Source: Bugula neritina (taxonomy: Eukaryota; Animalia; Bryozoa). From it: a DNA stretch of 64,000 nt. The stretch spans positions 9,926,973 through 9,990,972 of the forward strand of contig OZ037770.1 of assembly GCA_964035545.1 (NCBI GenBank), given 5' to 3'. Positions 1-13,200 of this stretch are shown in pieces; positions within the stretch are counted from its first letter, which is position 1, and each line of letters starts with the position of its first letter. A program made the translations under genes and the position numbers. The notes beneath the pieces are model-generated. The model worked only from the letters and a program-made list of their open reading frames with translations, had not been told where the DNA came from and searched no databases.

Positions 1-231
1 ATTATGCAAGGTGTAAACAGTAACAGTACAACCTAAAATTATGTGGTTCAGTTGGTTTTGTGTGGAGCATGGAAATGTTACAGGTTGTACATTTTGGTTA
101 GGAGTCACTGTAGGTGTTGTGTAATTCCTTCTATAAACTTACAGTAGGTTAGTTTTGATTGATCTAGAAAGCAAATGGCTTTTTCAGTGTTACTTATTTT
201 CACGTGTGAAGGTAACCTTAATGCTCTATGC

Positions 232-507
232 TCACTGCAGTATACAGTGTACTATATACGCTATACTGTTTACAATATACTGTATATAATATACTGTATA
301 CAATGTTTGCAATATACTATACATAGTATAATGTATACAATGTTTACAGTATATTTTATACGTTGTAATGTATACAGTATACATTGTAATGTACACTGTA
401 TACATTGTAATGTATACAGTGCAATGTATACTGTATACAATGCATACAATACACTGTAAACAATGTTTACAGCGTACTGTATGCACTACAATGTATGCCT
501 ACAGTAT
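232..507. repeat. Degenerate 7/21-bp AT-rich minisatellite (tatacagtatacattgtaatg-like)
   Basis: Recurring tatacagt / actgtata units; explains the Y/T/V/I-rich ORFs on both strands. Confidence 0.75.
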
Positions 508-1669
508 ACTCAGGAGTATATCTGGTGTATATCTGTAGGAAGACTATATTCAGATGAAAGAGAGTTTGGAGAGGCAGTTGGGAGAAGTTGGTTTACCAGT
601 ATGTTGAGCATCATGTAGGGACGGGTTTGAGCCTCACCTAAAGATTTTTCCTAAATGATTGTCATTCAGTAGCAATTTTTTCTATAAATTTCAACACGTA
701 AGTGAGGAACAATTTGTAAATTTATTTTCATACTTTTTTATGCATATCTAACATTTTGTTATTCAGTCTTATTAACCAATCATGTAAATATTGTTAGTGC
801 TGAACATAAATAATTGAATTTTAAAAAGTAAAAATATGAAGTCCACAACTTTACAGTGTGAAGTCAAGACTGTTGAACAGTTTTATTTCTAGTTTTCAAT
901 TTACATATTATTATACTTGTAGTTGTAGCATAGATTTTTAAAGAAAAATGTAGAGTATATTAGAAGCCATATAATCTATTATAATCTTTTTCACTTTGCA
1001 TTTATACTTTAATGCATAAATTGACATAACATGAATAAATTGAAGTTTCAAAACTGAAATTATCACATGAATACAGTTTTATTTTACGTTTGTAAGAAAA
1101 ATATTTTGTTGAAAAGACACTTGGGACATTTAAAAAAATATTTATTAGTGAAAAATAAAAATATATGTGAATATGCTCAGACATGTCTGTGATTTGGCAG
1201 GATGAATTCTGATAGAAAAATTAACGCTGTTAATAAATTCAAGAGCTAAGAGACAAAGAGCAATATATTTCATCTTAGTTGTATGAATATGTTGTATATA
1301 ACATAAATTATTAAAATACAAATAGAAAAGCATAAATTAAAAATAGAACCTACAGGCCACAAACAACTTGGGGCAATGTTTTCAAAAAATAAATTAGCTG
1401 GGAAAATGATCAATACTAAATTTTAGAAGCAATTATTATGCACACTACCAGCTAAGATGCAACAAAGCAGGGAAATCTTGCATATGGCAGCTGATTTGGA
1501 TACAGTCCCAATATGTCCTTTGGGTTGCATCTAATTCAGCTAGTTTAAACATACTATAAAGGTTTCATTATGGCGGCAAGCCACAAGTTGAACAGAAACG
1601 GACCACACTAATCCATCACAGCACCTATTGGAGAATGCCGAGGGGGGGGGGGCTAAGGGAAAGAAGTCA

Positions 1670-4600
1670 TCATGGTATACCGAAATCAAAGGGGTCAAAG
1701 TCTGAGTCTGAATCACTGTCGTTCAGACCTTCCAGTTCTTCTCCCGGGAAAAGGTTGCATTCCAAACTATTTCTAAAGTGAGCATAGGGGTCTGCTCGAG
1801 AGAGAATGGCTTGACACAGCCAGCAGAAGTATGCCTTACACTTCGTACACGTCATCTTATTACAACCATCTATCTTCTGTAATGATACAACCGGTATTAT
1901 TTCTATACATTAGAAAAAACGGAAATAACTTCCTATCTATAAAGCTACAATGTAAAAATAGCATGTATATAATTATAATCTAAAATAGGTAATAAAACTG
2001 TGGAAAAAAAATCGACTGTTGATGAGGCTTATTCAGCAAAAGTGTGGGAGCTTGCAACAAAATTGCTTTTATTTGGATTTTGCTTAGAAAATATCTTTAT
2101 TACTGCACTGGAAAGAAGCACACAGACATAATATGGTAGAACAACTACCACCATAGCTCTCAGGAGACATATTTTATGCAAGAATATATAGAGCAGACGT
2201 GGGCTAGGGGTTAGAGCATTGGCTTGGTAAACACAAGGTCATGGGTTTGAACCCAAGTAAAGGCCATTGGTGATGTTAGGAAGAGCATCCAGTCATAATA
2301 GCTACTGTGCCACATATGAATATATCCCTAGCCTGCATAAAAACCCCTTTCCATCAAGGGTTCTGGCAGGGATAGTGAGTATAAACTTGCGTGAGTTTTT
2401 ATATGCAAGAATAGCTAAGATATATTTAGAATAACTTATAAGCAGCTGTCATTATTATAGGAAACTTATATATTAGCAACTGCTGCTATGAAAGACATAC
2501 AGTGATGGCTGCTTTACAAACAGGACAATGTTTGGCATATTCATCAACCCAGGCATAGGACGCAGATTCATTGATAAGATTTTCCACGAGCTGTTTGCCG
2601 TATCTGGCTTTGAACGCTTCTAGATCTTCTTCGGACGCCTCATCCAACTTCTCCTTTAGTTCATCTGAAATATAGGAGCGGATGTAAGAAAGGGGGTAGT
2701 GGCATAAATAGAGGTGCTTTCTATATCGAAAAGATACAGAGTAATGCTAACATGTTTACTAACTAGTATAAATGCAAAACACTGCAAATTTCCAGCCTAC
2801 TTCAGCAAACTAACCAGACCATTTACACACTAAGCAATAGAGATATTTGTAGACAAGAGCGAAATGATATACTAAGATGGCCACATGGCAGGGAATGGAA
2901 AGGAGATTTTTTGATATCCTATATATATAGATTTGTGATGAAAATATACTAAATTCATGTTGCATTTACTGGAATCGTCAACATGAGTTTGTATGCTTAA
3001 AGGCAACTAACTGAGTAGCTTTTACAGTTACATGATGGCTAGATATATTGGTATGTAAGCTGACTATAATACCATTTCTTACCTTTTCGTAACCTGCAAG
3101 GATGTATCCCATGGTATGACATCTTACATAGATTACAGAAGACATATTGACACCCCGAACACGCGGCCAAAGTGGACCCAGGGTCTAATATCACAGCAGT
3201 CTGACAGAACGACCTGGGGCAATATGTTATATCTAGCATTGTGTCCAGTGTGCACTGCAGCAGCAACCTTTCATACCTTTCGTAGAAGTCGGAAGAGAGC
3301 AACTCTTTTATCTGTGAGATAAATACGTAAGTTAGCATAGGAAATTGGCAAATAAACAACGTCCACCAAATTCACCAATGATTCAGGTTTTTATATTATA
3401 AAAAAACAGCCTTGAAAACATAGTCTAAATATAATAAAAGAGCTATAAAAAGAGTTGAAAATAAAGTAACGCCAGTCACATATCAACATCCACTTCAGTG
3501 TAATTCTAATAGGACAAAAAATAATCCACTACTCAGAAACAGAATATACACAGTTCCACTGACAACTGAACATGATTTTATGTTATGTAAGAAAATTCCT
3601 CATGATTTTATATATGCCTAACTTTTACCTAACAGCAAGAATGCTAAATCACAGTATATTATATAATTCATTTGTTACAAATATCAAATCAAGATTTTAT
3701 AATTAAATTAAACCATCAATGGTGCTCACAGTAGTGAGGACTACCAACAGAAATGAGTTTTTATATTAAGAAATATGACTAAGAGTTGTTGTAAAATATA
3801 AATAGTTGGCCTCTGTATATGCTAATCAATTAAATGCATATTTCATAATCATATTTGTCCATATAATCCTAGAGAGTGATTTTTCCAACTAGTTGACCTA
3901 TTTTAATTTCAACTTATCAAATCGAATACATCCGTTTCGTAACTATAAATATAGCCATGTTTTTTGCTTTGATTCAGTTAATACTACTGCCTTGTACATT
4001 AAAACTCTCTGTATTGAACAAATTTACTATGTATTCAATGAACTACTCATTGCTATTTACTGGAGATTAGAAAATAGGAATCATAATTAATTATTAGACA
4101 AAACAGAGAACTAATAAAGGTGTAGCTGACCTGACTAGGATGACCTTGACTGTCACAACCTCCTTCCGGGCAAGTCAACTGTTTGACTTCACCAGACTCG
4201 ATACGAACCGTGAAATGCTGAGCTATGCACTCCTTACAGAATGTGTGACTGCATCCATGGAACTGAAACGAATCAATTCCCAGCTTCTCCTCGTAGCATA
4301 TTTTACACAAACACGTTGACTTTTCAAATATCTATAAACAAACACAGATTAAACTATTACTTTGCTGGTATTATAGCAGCAGATTAGAAAGATTATTATA
4401 CTGACTATGATATTAATACTGACTATGATAGCTTATTTACCCTATATGATAACAATTTACAAGTTGATTGAATGTTAGAGAACAGTAGTTTATAGTGAAT
4501 ATTTGGGCATATAATCCACGGGCAACCATGATTCAAATTGTAATTTGAAAACTATTTACTAGAGCTTTGTTAATTCTCCAAATAAAAATCTCTTTTTATC

Positions 4601-6683
4601 TTACATGATAGAAAAGTTAAAAGTTGATTATCAGACAAGAAAACCCAACAAAAGATGTTACTAACCCTTTGTTTCTCATCTTTATTATACTCCACGAGAA
4701 AGTGGAACAGAATGCTATTAGAGGCTATATCCTGGACTACTCTTCGGTCTACCACTTCCTTTGAATGTTTCTCTGAAGGCTGTATTACGAGGCACTCCTC
4801 GAGATCTAAAATAACACAAAATTCTAAAAGTATACCGCATGAAACAACAAACCAACACAAACCAAAAATTAAGCAATTAAAACACAATTAAATTCAAATT
4901 AATCAAATATTTAGGCAGCCCACTGTATTTCACAGACTTTATAAATGTGAAGTATTGTGTCCGAAGTGCCACAAAACAGTGGGAATATTATCTGAGCACT
5001 AGTGATAGCTAAGACTAGCCAAATTCCCTACACAACATAAACAGTACAAAATAATATAAGTTTATGTTAATTTCAGCTAGTTATGATATTATAAATGTAT
5101 TTTTAAGTTATTATAACAAGCTATAGTCAATAAAAATCACACATTTTTGTCCTTCTTCAAATGAAAAACAACTAACTCAGACACTATTGATCACAATACT
5201 ATTGCATTGGAAAAATGAGAAGTATCTTATGTGGTCAAAATCCATACTCTCTTTATAAAAAAAATTCACTACCCCCTAGCAAACAATTATTCATTCAACC
5301 ATAGAAATCAACTCATGATTTGATTAGGATGCGAAAAGAATGAAATAAAATAATTAGATACATACCTAGTAGCTTCATAGAATCCTGCTGCAGGAAATCA
5401 AACCAAATGTACAAGATTGGTTCACCTTTGTTAGCCTCCCAAGTCTCGTCGAGATGAGTCACCAGTTTAGAGAGCTAGTAACATTCAATAAATGAATTTC
5501 AGAAACCAGCTGGAATATCTAATTACAATAAATGATTATGTGTCCTGGTGAAATACTTTGGTAAAACAGAGAGCTAAAGCAATGTGTAAGTGTGTAGATC
5601 ATTTCAACATTATGATATTCAACACTACATGCTTCAGTCATTGTTACAGATTTATAGTTCACCATAGACTGTCAATGACACACATAGGTACGCATACACA
5701 TAATATTATATCGCCATAATATTATATTTTAATAGGCTTACATCAAGTAAAAATGTTTATGTATTATTAGTAAGTTTGATACAATAGATTCGCACAAGAT
5801 AAAAATATGATATTCAACTAAGTAATTATAATGTAATATAAAATTAATGCCTCAATAACTTTTTTTTTCACCTTTAATATTATGAGGTGTATGTTTCTGA
5901 TTCATGAGAACACTGGAGTTTCATGCTACTTAGAGTGTGAAGTAAAAGAGGATCCTTAATGATAACCTACTGAAAACTCAAAAAATACTTAAAACGACAT
6001 ATTCTAAACAATTTTACCTGCTTTGGAGAAAGCCATTTACAACTAAGATTAATTTTTGGCGGGTCTTTCTGAGGATAGGTAGAAGGCAATTCAAAACCAA
6101 GCACAATAGGGGGCAGGTGAGCAATATTTGCAGTAGGCTGATCTCCTTGGAAATCTAAAAGTAAGTTAATTTTACTTTTCAACTAAATAACCAATCATTA
6201 TTTACTCAAAAATTATAATCCAGACAAACTATTGACTTCCAAACATTACACAAAAACTAATAAACAAAAGAATCACAAAACGTGCATAAGAGAATAATTT
6301 TATACGACAATGCACTAAGGCAACAGCCACATCATATTAAATACATTAAAGACATTAAAATATCAACAAAACTGCATGTTATGCTAACTACACTAAAAGT
6401 ACACAATGGATGGTTTCAAAACTGAAACATGGCAAAATAGAATTGTTTTCTTACCCTTTATATAAAAAGAGTCTGACAATTGTATATGAGCAGAAAAATC
6501 TCCACAAGTTAACAACAATTCTCCCTGAGAAAAACTAGCACCTGACAGACTATCATTGTACTCAGCGCCATCTTGAGACGTCTCGGGCTGTTTGACAGAA
6601 TTAAACTTCAAATATTCCTCCTCACTAAATATAGCCTGGAGAGCCAGGACTTCGTTCTCCTGCTCTTCCGAGTCCGTATCCAT
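1670..6683 (-). CDS. RNF14: E3 ubiquitin-protein ligase RNF14 (ARA54)-like, RBR family; complete, 8 coding exons, ~471 aa
   Basis: Hand-spliced exons (minus strand): 6455-6683, 6018-6154, 5366-5474, 4666-4805, 4131-4331, 3083-3311, 2501-2664, 1670-1876. All introns are GT-AG with consistent phases; total 1416 nt = 471 aa + stop. RWD domain (EQENEVLALQAIF; HLPPIVLGFELPSTYPQKDPP; LDETWEANKGEPILYIWFDFL), RING1 (CKICYEEK..CSHTFCKEC..CPEGGC), IBR (YCPRSFC..CSGCQYVFCNLCKMSYHGIHPC), RING2 (CPVC..KIDGCNKMTCTKCKAYFCWLC). RWD plus RBR with GCNKM is the RNF14 architecture. Confidence 0.93.
2190..2400 (+). mobile_element. tRNA-derived SINE, full length, with 12-bp target-site duplication
   Basis: Head with A-box and B-box-like motifs (gtgggctaggggttagagc..gggtttgaaccc); body ggtgatgttaggaagagcatccagtcataa; T-rich tail. 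TSD tatgcaagaata at 2175-2186 and 2402-2413. Confidence 0.85.
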
Positions 6684-6708
6684 TGAAAAAAACTTTAGGC
6701 TGAAATAC

Positions 6709-6922
6709 AACTCATGTAGGTTTACAATCACCGCCATATCCATGAGAGCGCTTCATGAAAAATGTCTTTAGTAAGCCAAGGACCTGTTTTCTTTATTGTG
6801 ACAAGGGAGCAATTATGACTGAGTGTCTTTCTTAACATCAACAATGGCCTTTACCGAGATTTGAACCACTGAGCGCGTGTTTACTAAGCTAGTACTCGTA
6901 ACTACTAAATCACAGCTGCTCC
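6709..6922 (-). mobile_element. SINE family copy (diverged), just upstream of the RNF14 start codon
   Basis: gggagcaattatgactg..cttaacatcaacaatggccttta..tttgaacc..cagctgctcct matches the reverse complement of the family consensus. Confidence 0.75.
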
Positions 6923-7299
6923 TAAACTTTGGACTGAAGCGAAATACAAGATCATGCCAAAATGAAAAACAATTTTAATTTAAGCATACAAATTTATAAG
7001 ATAAAAAGTAATTATCATTGTAATTATAAATATAATACTCAACTTCAAGTCATTACTATTACTATTAGCTATTAGGATTAATATTATGACTATGAGTTAT
7101 ACTTATAGTTATAGTTATTATCATTATCATTATGTTATTGTTACGATTATCATTTTCATTATTATTAATATTATGATTATATTCATAATCATAGCAATGT
7201 TAAAAATAAATAAAGCAACGCCAACCCTGAAAAAATTTGACATACAAAATATAGTCATTGAAAAAAATCTATCTTAACAACGCTAAAAATTATTAAGAA

Positions 7300-7620
7300 T
7301 AGAAGTGTTGAACTCATGAGTTATTGTAAATGACTATCACTGCAAGCGTCAAGATTTGGCAATACCGGAAACGTTGTTTAGTAATTTTTACTTGAACCAG
7401 CAAGGACTGTGTACTAATAAAAACTTTATTTTTATTGGTCATTGTGTAGTGTGCAATGACCTGTTCAGTAGTAGTGTGTACTAATTTTTTTCAAGCAATT
7501 TTTTGCGAAAATGAACACATTAAGCGTCTCTCAATTCCGACATGTTCTATGTGAGTGAATAGTAAACGCTGAGGCTACCATCTCACTCTGCAAATTTGGA
7601 AACTCCGAGTGCAAATTAAA
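7300..7620. promoter_or_regulatory. Candidate shared (bidirectional) promoter / first-exon region for RNF14 and VPS13
   Basis: Locally CpG-containing, non-repetitive stretch between the head-to-head genes. ETS-like ACCGGAA at ~7364 and a plus-strand donor-like GTGAGT at 7551. Both ATG exons are preceded by acceptors (6700-6701 on minus; 10152-10153 on plus). Inference only. Confidence 0.3.
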
Positions 7621-8085
7621 ATCAAATTAGTTTTCTTGCGAATATGCTGAATATCAATATGAATGAAAATATAATAATAATGATTAAATAATAACTTTAT
7701 AGCTGGTAGATAATTTTTTCTACGATGTTTATTGAAGTGCCAGAATATTTATAATCTAAACCAATATGAATATTATTATTTAGTTATAGTTTTACTTTTA
7801 GTTTTTGGTCTCGTAAAAAACAATCATTGAATCAAACTGAAACTGCTTGTAGTTGTAGTACTAGATATACCTTGTAGTTGTCCAAACTAAGACTGAGACG
7901 CTTGTAGACTGTAATTCATAATTGTACTTAGGCCTTAGGGCCTTGGGTCTTAGAGTTAGAATAAAAGTTAAACTTAGTCTTATAGTTATAGTTATACTAT
8001 AACTTATTGAGCTATAGTAATAATATTAGTGTATTACTTAATTACTAGCCATAGTGATAGTATTAGTACTATTATTATTATTATT

Positions 8086-9287
8086 GGTTGTATCACAGCT
8101 TTCAAGCTGGTGTAACCTTCTACCATCAGCCTAGTTCCACTAGGCTGGGATGGATAGAACTTCCCTCAAGATGTGAGCTGATCCTAGTAAGGCTGTCTGC
8201 TGAATCAGTGGGTATTTGTTTTCAGCTACTCCAAGTAGTGCCATGCAGTCTACAGTCTTGTGTGAAGCTCCAAGGGCTCCAGTTTTAAAGGGGATGACTT
8301 TTGTTGATGTTTTCCAAAGGCGGGTTAACTCTAGTGCTAAATCATGATATTTTTCTATCCTATTCTTTTTCTTATACTCTGTAGTCACCAGGAACTGCAA
8401 TATCAATGAGCGTTGTTTCAGCGTTACGCTTGTCAACTACTACTATATCAAGCCTTCTAGCTTCGATGACTTTGTCGGTGTGTATGTTGAAGTCCCACAA
8501 GATTTTTGCATTGTCACTCTCCAGTACTGATTCTGCTCGGTGGTCGTACCAATTTTTGCTTTTCTGAAATCCATGAAGTTCACACAACTCCCAGTGAATT
8601 GTCGATGCCACATGGTTGGTTCTTTTCTTATATTCTCCTTGTGCTAACTTTTCACATTCACTCAGTATATGCATCACAGTTTCGTCCTTTGCATTACACA
8701 TCTGACATTTCTTGCTACCTTGTTCTTTTATTATAGCTACTTTATAATTTCTAGTAGGGAGCGCTTGATCTTGCGCAACCAACAGCAGTCCTCCTGTTTC
8801 CTTTTTCAGCTAACCAGATTTCAACCATTTCCATGAGTACGTTTTCATGTCCTCCACCTTTCTGATGTACTGACCATGTAGAGCCTTTTCTTTCCACCCA
8901 TCAGTTCTTTCTACCGATTTATCATTCTTGAGTTCTTCTGCTGTTTTGTCCTTTAGGAAGATATTCAGAGTGGTGTCTCCATCAGTGCATGTCCTCTTTA
9001 TGTAATCTGACATGCTGCATTCTTTAATCCTTACACATTCTTCAATTGACACCATCCCTCTGCCACCTTCCCTTCTGCTAACATACAGCCTGTCTACATC
9101 TGCTCTTGGATCGAGTGCATGATATATTGTCATAAGCTTCCCTGTCTTTCTGTCCATGTCTTTTAGTTCATCAACAGTCCAATCAAGTATTCAAGCTGTG
9201 TAACTCACTACTGCTACTGCCCAAGTGTTTATTGCTTTGATCGCATTCCCTCCTTTCAGATTTGAGTCCACAACTTTTTTATTCTTA
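8086..9287 (-). mobile_element. 5'-truncated, decayed non-LTR retrotransposon with restriction-like endonuclease (R4/Dong-like clade)
   Basis: Minus-strand translation gives the RT C-terminal region (GGNAIKAINTWAVAVVSY..DWTVDELKDMDRKT..DRLYVSRREGGRGM..W..KALHGQY), a CCHC knuckle (CQMC-x8-H-x4-C) and an RLE domain (ILWDFNIHTDKVIEARRLDIVVVDK..LIDIAVP..EKYHDLALELTRLW..GALG). It has in-frame stops (e.g. 8810-8812) and a frameshift near 8360. The 3' end abuts (AAT)n. Confidence 0.9.
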
Positions 9288-9295
9288 CTATTATT

Positions 9296-9563
9296 GGTTG
9301 TATCACAGCTATTAAGCTGGTGTAACCTTCTACCATCGGCCTAGTTCCACTAGGCTGGGATGGATAGAACTTTCCTCAAGATGTGAGCTGATACTAGTAA
9401 GGCTGTCTGCTGAATCAGTGGGTATTTGTTTTCAGCTACTCCAAGTAGTGCCATTCAGTCTAAAGTTTTGTGTGAAGCTTCAAGGGCTCCAATTACAATG
9501 GGGATGACTTTTGTTGATGTTGTCCAAAGGCGGGTTAATTCTAGTGCTAAATCCTGATATTTT
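9296..9563 (-). mobile_element. Second 3'-terminal fragment of the same RLE retrotransposon, in tandem
   Basis: Near-identical to ~8086-8353 (ggttgtatcacagct..aagctggtgtaaccttctaccatc..ctagtgctaaatc); flanked by (ATT)n. Confidence 0.9.
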
Positions 9564-9565
9564 CC

Positions 9566-9621
9566 TTACTATTATTATTATTATTATATTATTATTATTA
9601 GTAGTAGTAGCCTAGTAGTAG

Positions 9622-9662
<41 letters not shown>

Positions 9663-9960
9663 ATAGTAATACTACTAGTACTAGTAGTTATAGTTGATGT
9701 TATAGTTATACTAATAGTAATATTTTTAGTTATATTAATACCAGTTATACTTATAGTCAATACAGTTACTGAGTTGGTGTTACTGTTAGTGTTATTGTTG
9801 TTTGTGTAAATTACCAATGACTTAAATCATTATATTTGCCAAATAATCAGTACATTATGATTATGATTATAATGAAGACTAATAGTAATAATAATACTAA
9901 TACTAATAGAGATAATATGAGTTATTAATAGCATTACTAATAATGTGATAATAATTAAAT
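9566..9960. repeat. Mixed trinucleotide microsatellite (ATT)n/(TAG)n/(TAC)n
   Basis: Direct reading; similar low-complexity tracts at ~7050-7190 and ~7975-8085. Confidence 0.8.
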
Positions 9961-10204
9961 TAAATGTTTACATTTAGTTTTATTTTATATTTTAATTTAC
10001 TTTATTATAAAAAATATTTGTAGCATATTAACATATCTCAATCATTATGTCTCCTTTAGCTGGTATAAATCAGGTGTGAGTAAGTAAGTTCTCTTTCCTG
10101 CTCTGGAACTTATGCTACAAGGCTTTGACATTTAGCATTGTCATCTCTTACAGATGCTCACATCTAAGCGAGCATGGAATAAGCGATAGATTATTCCCTG
10201 GAAG

Positions 10205-13200
10205 ATGTTGGGGTTTTCTCTCGGCCAGTCTATAGTGTCATGGCTGCTGCGAAAGTACCTTGGCAGGTACATTGCTGACATCGACAGCAGGGTCAAGGAC
10301 TTTAACTATGGCTTAACAGGAGGTACGCATATGAACAATTATTTTATCACAAGACGAGATTTTATAGCTAAATATACTAGTATAAATTGTCATGTTCTCA
10401 TTGGCTGTGATTTTGTAATTATAGGTTATTTTTTATTAGCTGTAGTTGTGAAAAATGATTTATTCCAATTAATAGAGTAGCCTACATAATGAATATATAC
10501 TGCTTGTTACATCTATACACTTTATACATCTGTACTACTTTATACATATATACTGCTTTTTACTTCTATGCTGCTTTATACATCTACACTTCTGTATGTA
10601 TATATACTACTTTATACAAATATAGGCTATTACTCATAGTAAATCTGAGCTAGTTAATATACATGCACTAACAATAAACATTATTTTAACTTTTTCATAG
10701 TCTTAAAGAAGTTCAATTTAAAGACCCATCCTGACTGACCTACTATATATTATACGTAGACTTAGGTTTTAAAAGTTATGTAAAGAAAAAACAACTGACA
10801 GCTTCACTCTCACCAACCCCATTACTAGCCTTGTTTACTTCTTAGTTGACGATATTTTTTACTTCAAAGTTCAACCCCATGTTGTGGTTGACATTTGCTC
10901 TATTCTAATGGCATGCTAACCTGGTTATCACAATAACCTCGGTTGCTGAAGGAAAATCATAAATTTATTTTATTTCCAGTAAGCTATTTTTTCCTATTTC
11001 CAAGTGAGCTAGCTGTTCTTTTTTTCTTATGAAACAAACTAATGTGTTTCCTGAACAAGTTGTTTAATTAAAATTGTCTGCTCTCAAATTGAAAAGAAGT
11101 TTTCTAGCTGTAGTCAAAGCAATATGTTTTGATATATAAATCAAAGGTATAAATCCATAACATAATGCCATACTATGCCCAGAGCTGGTCTCGTACTTTT
11201 ATTTATGGATGTGATTAGCAAGTAAAGTAAACATGTAACATGAATCTTTGGCATTTGTCAACTAAAGCCAAAGGGTAATTAGAAAAGAAGAGAGATATTC
11301 TACCCATGAAAGTCATGACACTTACAGATATAGATAATACAAACATTTGTTTATTGGTATCACTAATTATCAGTATATCTCATAATTAGTAGCGCACTGC
11401 TTCTACTTTTAATGCTTTGTGTGTGCAGTTTTATTATCTTGTTGATTTGATGTTGAGTTTAGTGGAGGTTTTGTTGTTTTGAAAATTTAATTTTATGGAT
11501 ATCCAAAAGGCCCAAAAGCAAACCCTGTTTTAGACTTGTATTATTTGATGTCTTTCATGCTAGAATCCAAGTCCCTTTGAAATGATGCTAAAGCTTCCTT
11601 CATTTTGATAGAAACAACTCTAAAGCACTAGTTTCATTATCTGATCTACAAAACCTTTCAATTACTAGCTTTTTAAATCATAGTGATTAAGCTACACGCA
11701 GTTGAGTGAACTGTAGATTTTCACTCTCTAACTTGTAAATTATATTAAATGATTTGGATACTTCACAGTTGAGCGACTTACTGGGGCTTGTTGTTCGGGC
11801 TTCCTCACCTGTTTGTATAAAATATAAATGGTTGTATAATATTCTCTGTGCAGGCCAGCTGTTGATGAAGAACCTTGACCTAAAGGCTGAGGCACTGGTG
11901 GGACTAGACTTACCTATAGAAGTGAAGGCGGGGCATGTAGGTGGGTAACCAACCTGTCTCTCTAACTTAGTCTATTAGCTATTAAACATTGGTATCATGT
12001 GTGGTTATATATGCCTTTAACTGTGCTATGTTATTTGATCATGGCTGTATTACTACAAGGTGTTAGAATTGTTTCACATGCCTGTATTTTGGTTTTATAT
12101 GGTGCTAAAACCATAATACTTTTTTATTCACCAAGCTCTTTAACTGATGGACTAGAGTCACTAGACAAATGTGTGTTTTAATACCTTTTCTGGCATTGTT
12201 AGATGTACATTCAGAGCTCATCTAGTTTTCTTCCTGTTTACGCTTTTGTTTAGTTTTTTAAAGCTGAGCTTTATGTCTTGTTTATTTGTTTGCATGAGTT
12301 TGAAATTGATCTTTGTCTGTATTGTATACATATTTGTTTATGAGATCACATATCTAGCTGCTTCATCTACATGACAATTCTACCCTTTCTTATCTGCAGA
12401 ATAGTTTTGTCTCAGCAAACCTGTTCTTTTTTCACCTGTCATAATCTTGTCTTAGCTCTTGCCTCTACCTTAGCCACTAAAATGTACTCCACAGTAAATA
12501 GTTGGATCTATCTAGTTAAAGTTGGCATTCTCCTAAAATGATGCTGTAGCCTGAAAAAAGTTGGTACAGAAATTCCTCGGCTCAGGGTTTCTTACTACTA
12601 GCGTCACTGTTTATTGTATAGGCTATTTGGAACTTAAGCTACCTGGAATAACCAAGATATACACCGAGTCTATAGAAGTAAAAATAGACAAAGTGGTGCT
12701 GCTAGCTAGTCCCGTGTGTGACAGGAAGTATGATGCTGAGAAAGATGAGGCGTTGGAACTGGCAAGGAAGAGAGAGACGCTGAATAAACTGGAGCAGCTA
12801 CTCCTGGAGCAAGGTATGCTGTGTAACTTTTGCTCATTAGTGAAGCCATATTTATGTTTGTAGTTATGGTTGATTTTAAGAAGTATTTGTGTCGAGGCTC
12901 GTATTTTACAACTTTTGTGAATATTTTGAAATTATGATATTTATTACACTCTTAAAAAAAGCTTACGCAAGTTTATAGTTGCCATCCCTGTGAGAACCCC
13001 TAATAGAAGAGATTTTTTTATTAAATAAGGCTAAGGACTTCTTCATTTGTGACACAGTAGCAATTATGGCTGGATGCTCTTTTTAACATCACCAATGGCC
13101 TTTGTAGGGGTCCGAACCCATAACTTCGTGTCTACTAAGCAAACGCTCTGACCCCTAGACCATGGCTGCTCCCTGTGAAATAATACACTAGTTGTATTTA

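Noticed and set aside
175-486. Overlapping ORFs on both strands at the window start
   Set aside because: Low-complexity tandem repeat with no recognisable protein.
1642-1653. G-run in the RNF14 3' region
   Set aside because: A single homopolymer; not enough evidence for a functional element.
2190-2256. SINE heads as tRNA-Thr genes
   Set aside because: No acceptor-stem 3' half, broken anticodon stem, and always fused to the same SINE body.
6684-6743. 20-aa N-terminal extension of RNF14 from the upstream ATG in the ORF track
   Set aside because: The upstream ATG lies in a SINE copy, upstream of a good acceptor (tttcag at 6700-6705 on minus); MDTDSEEQ at 6683 fits the RNF14 start.
8140-9157. 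Retrotransposon ORFs as a functional or domesticated gene
   Set aside because: In-frame stops, a frameshift, a missing RT core and an altered endonuclease motif indicate a dead 5'-truncated copy.
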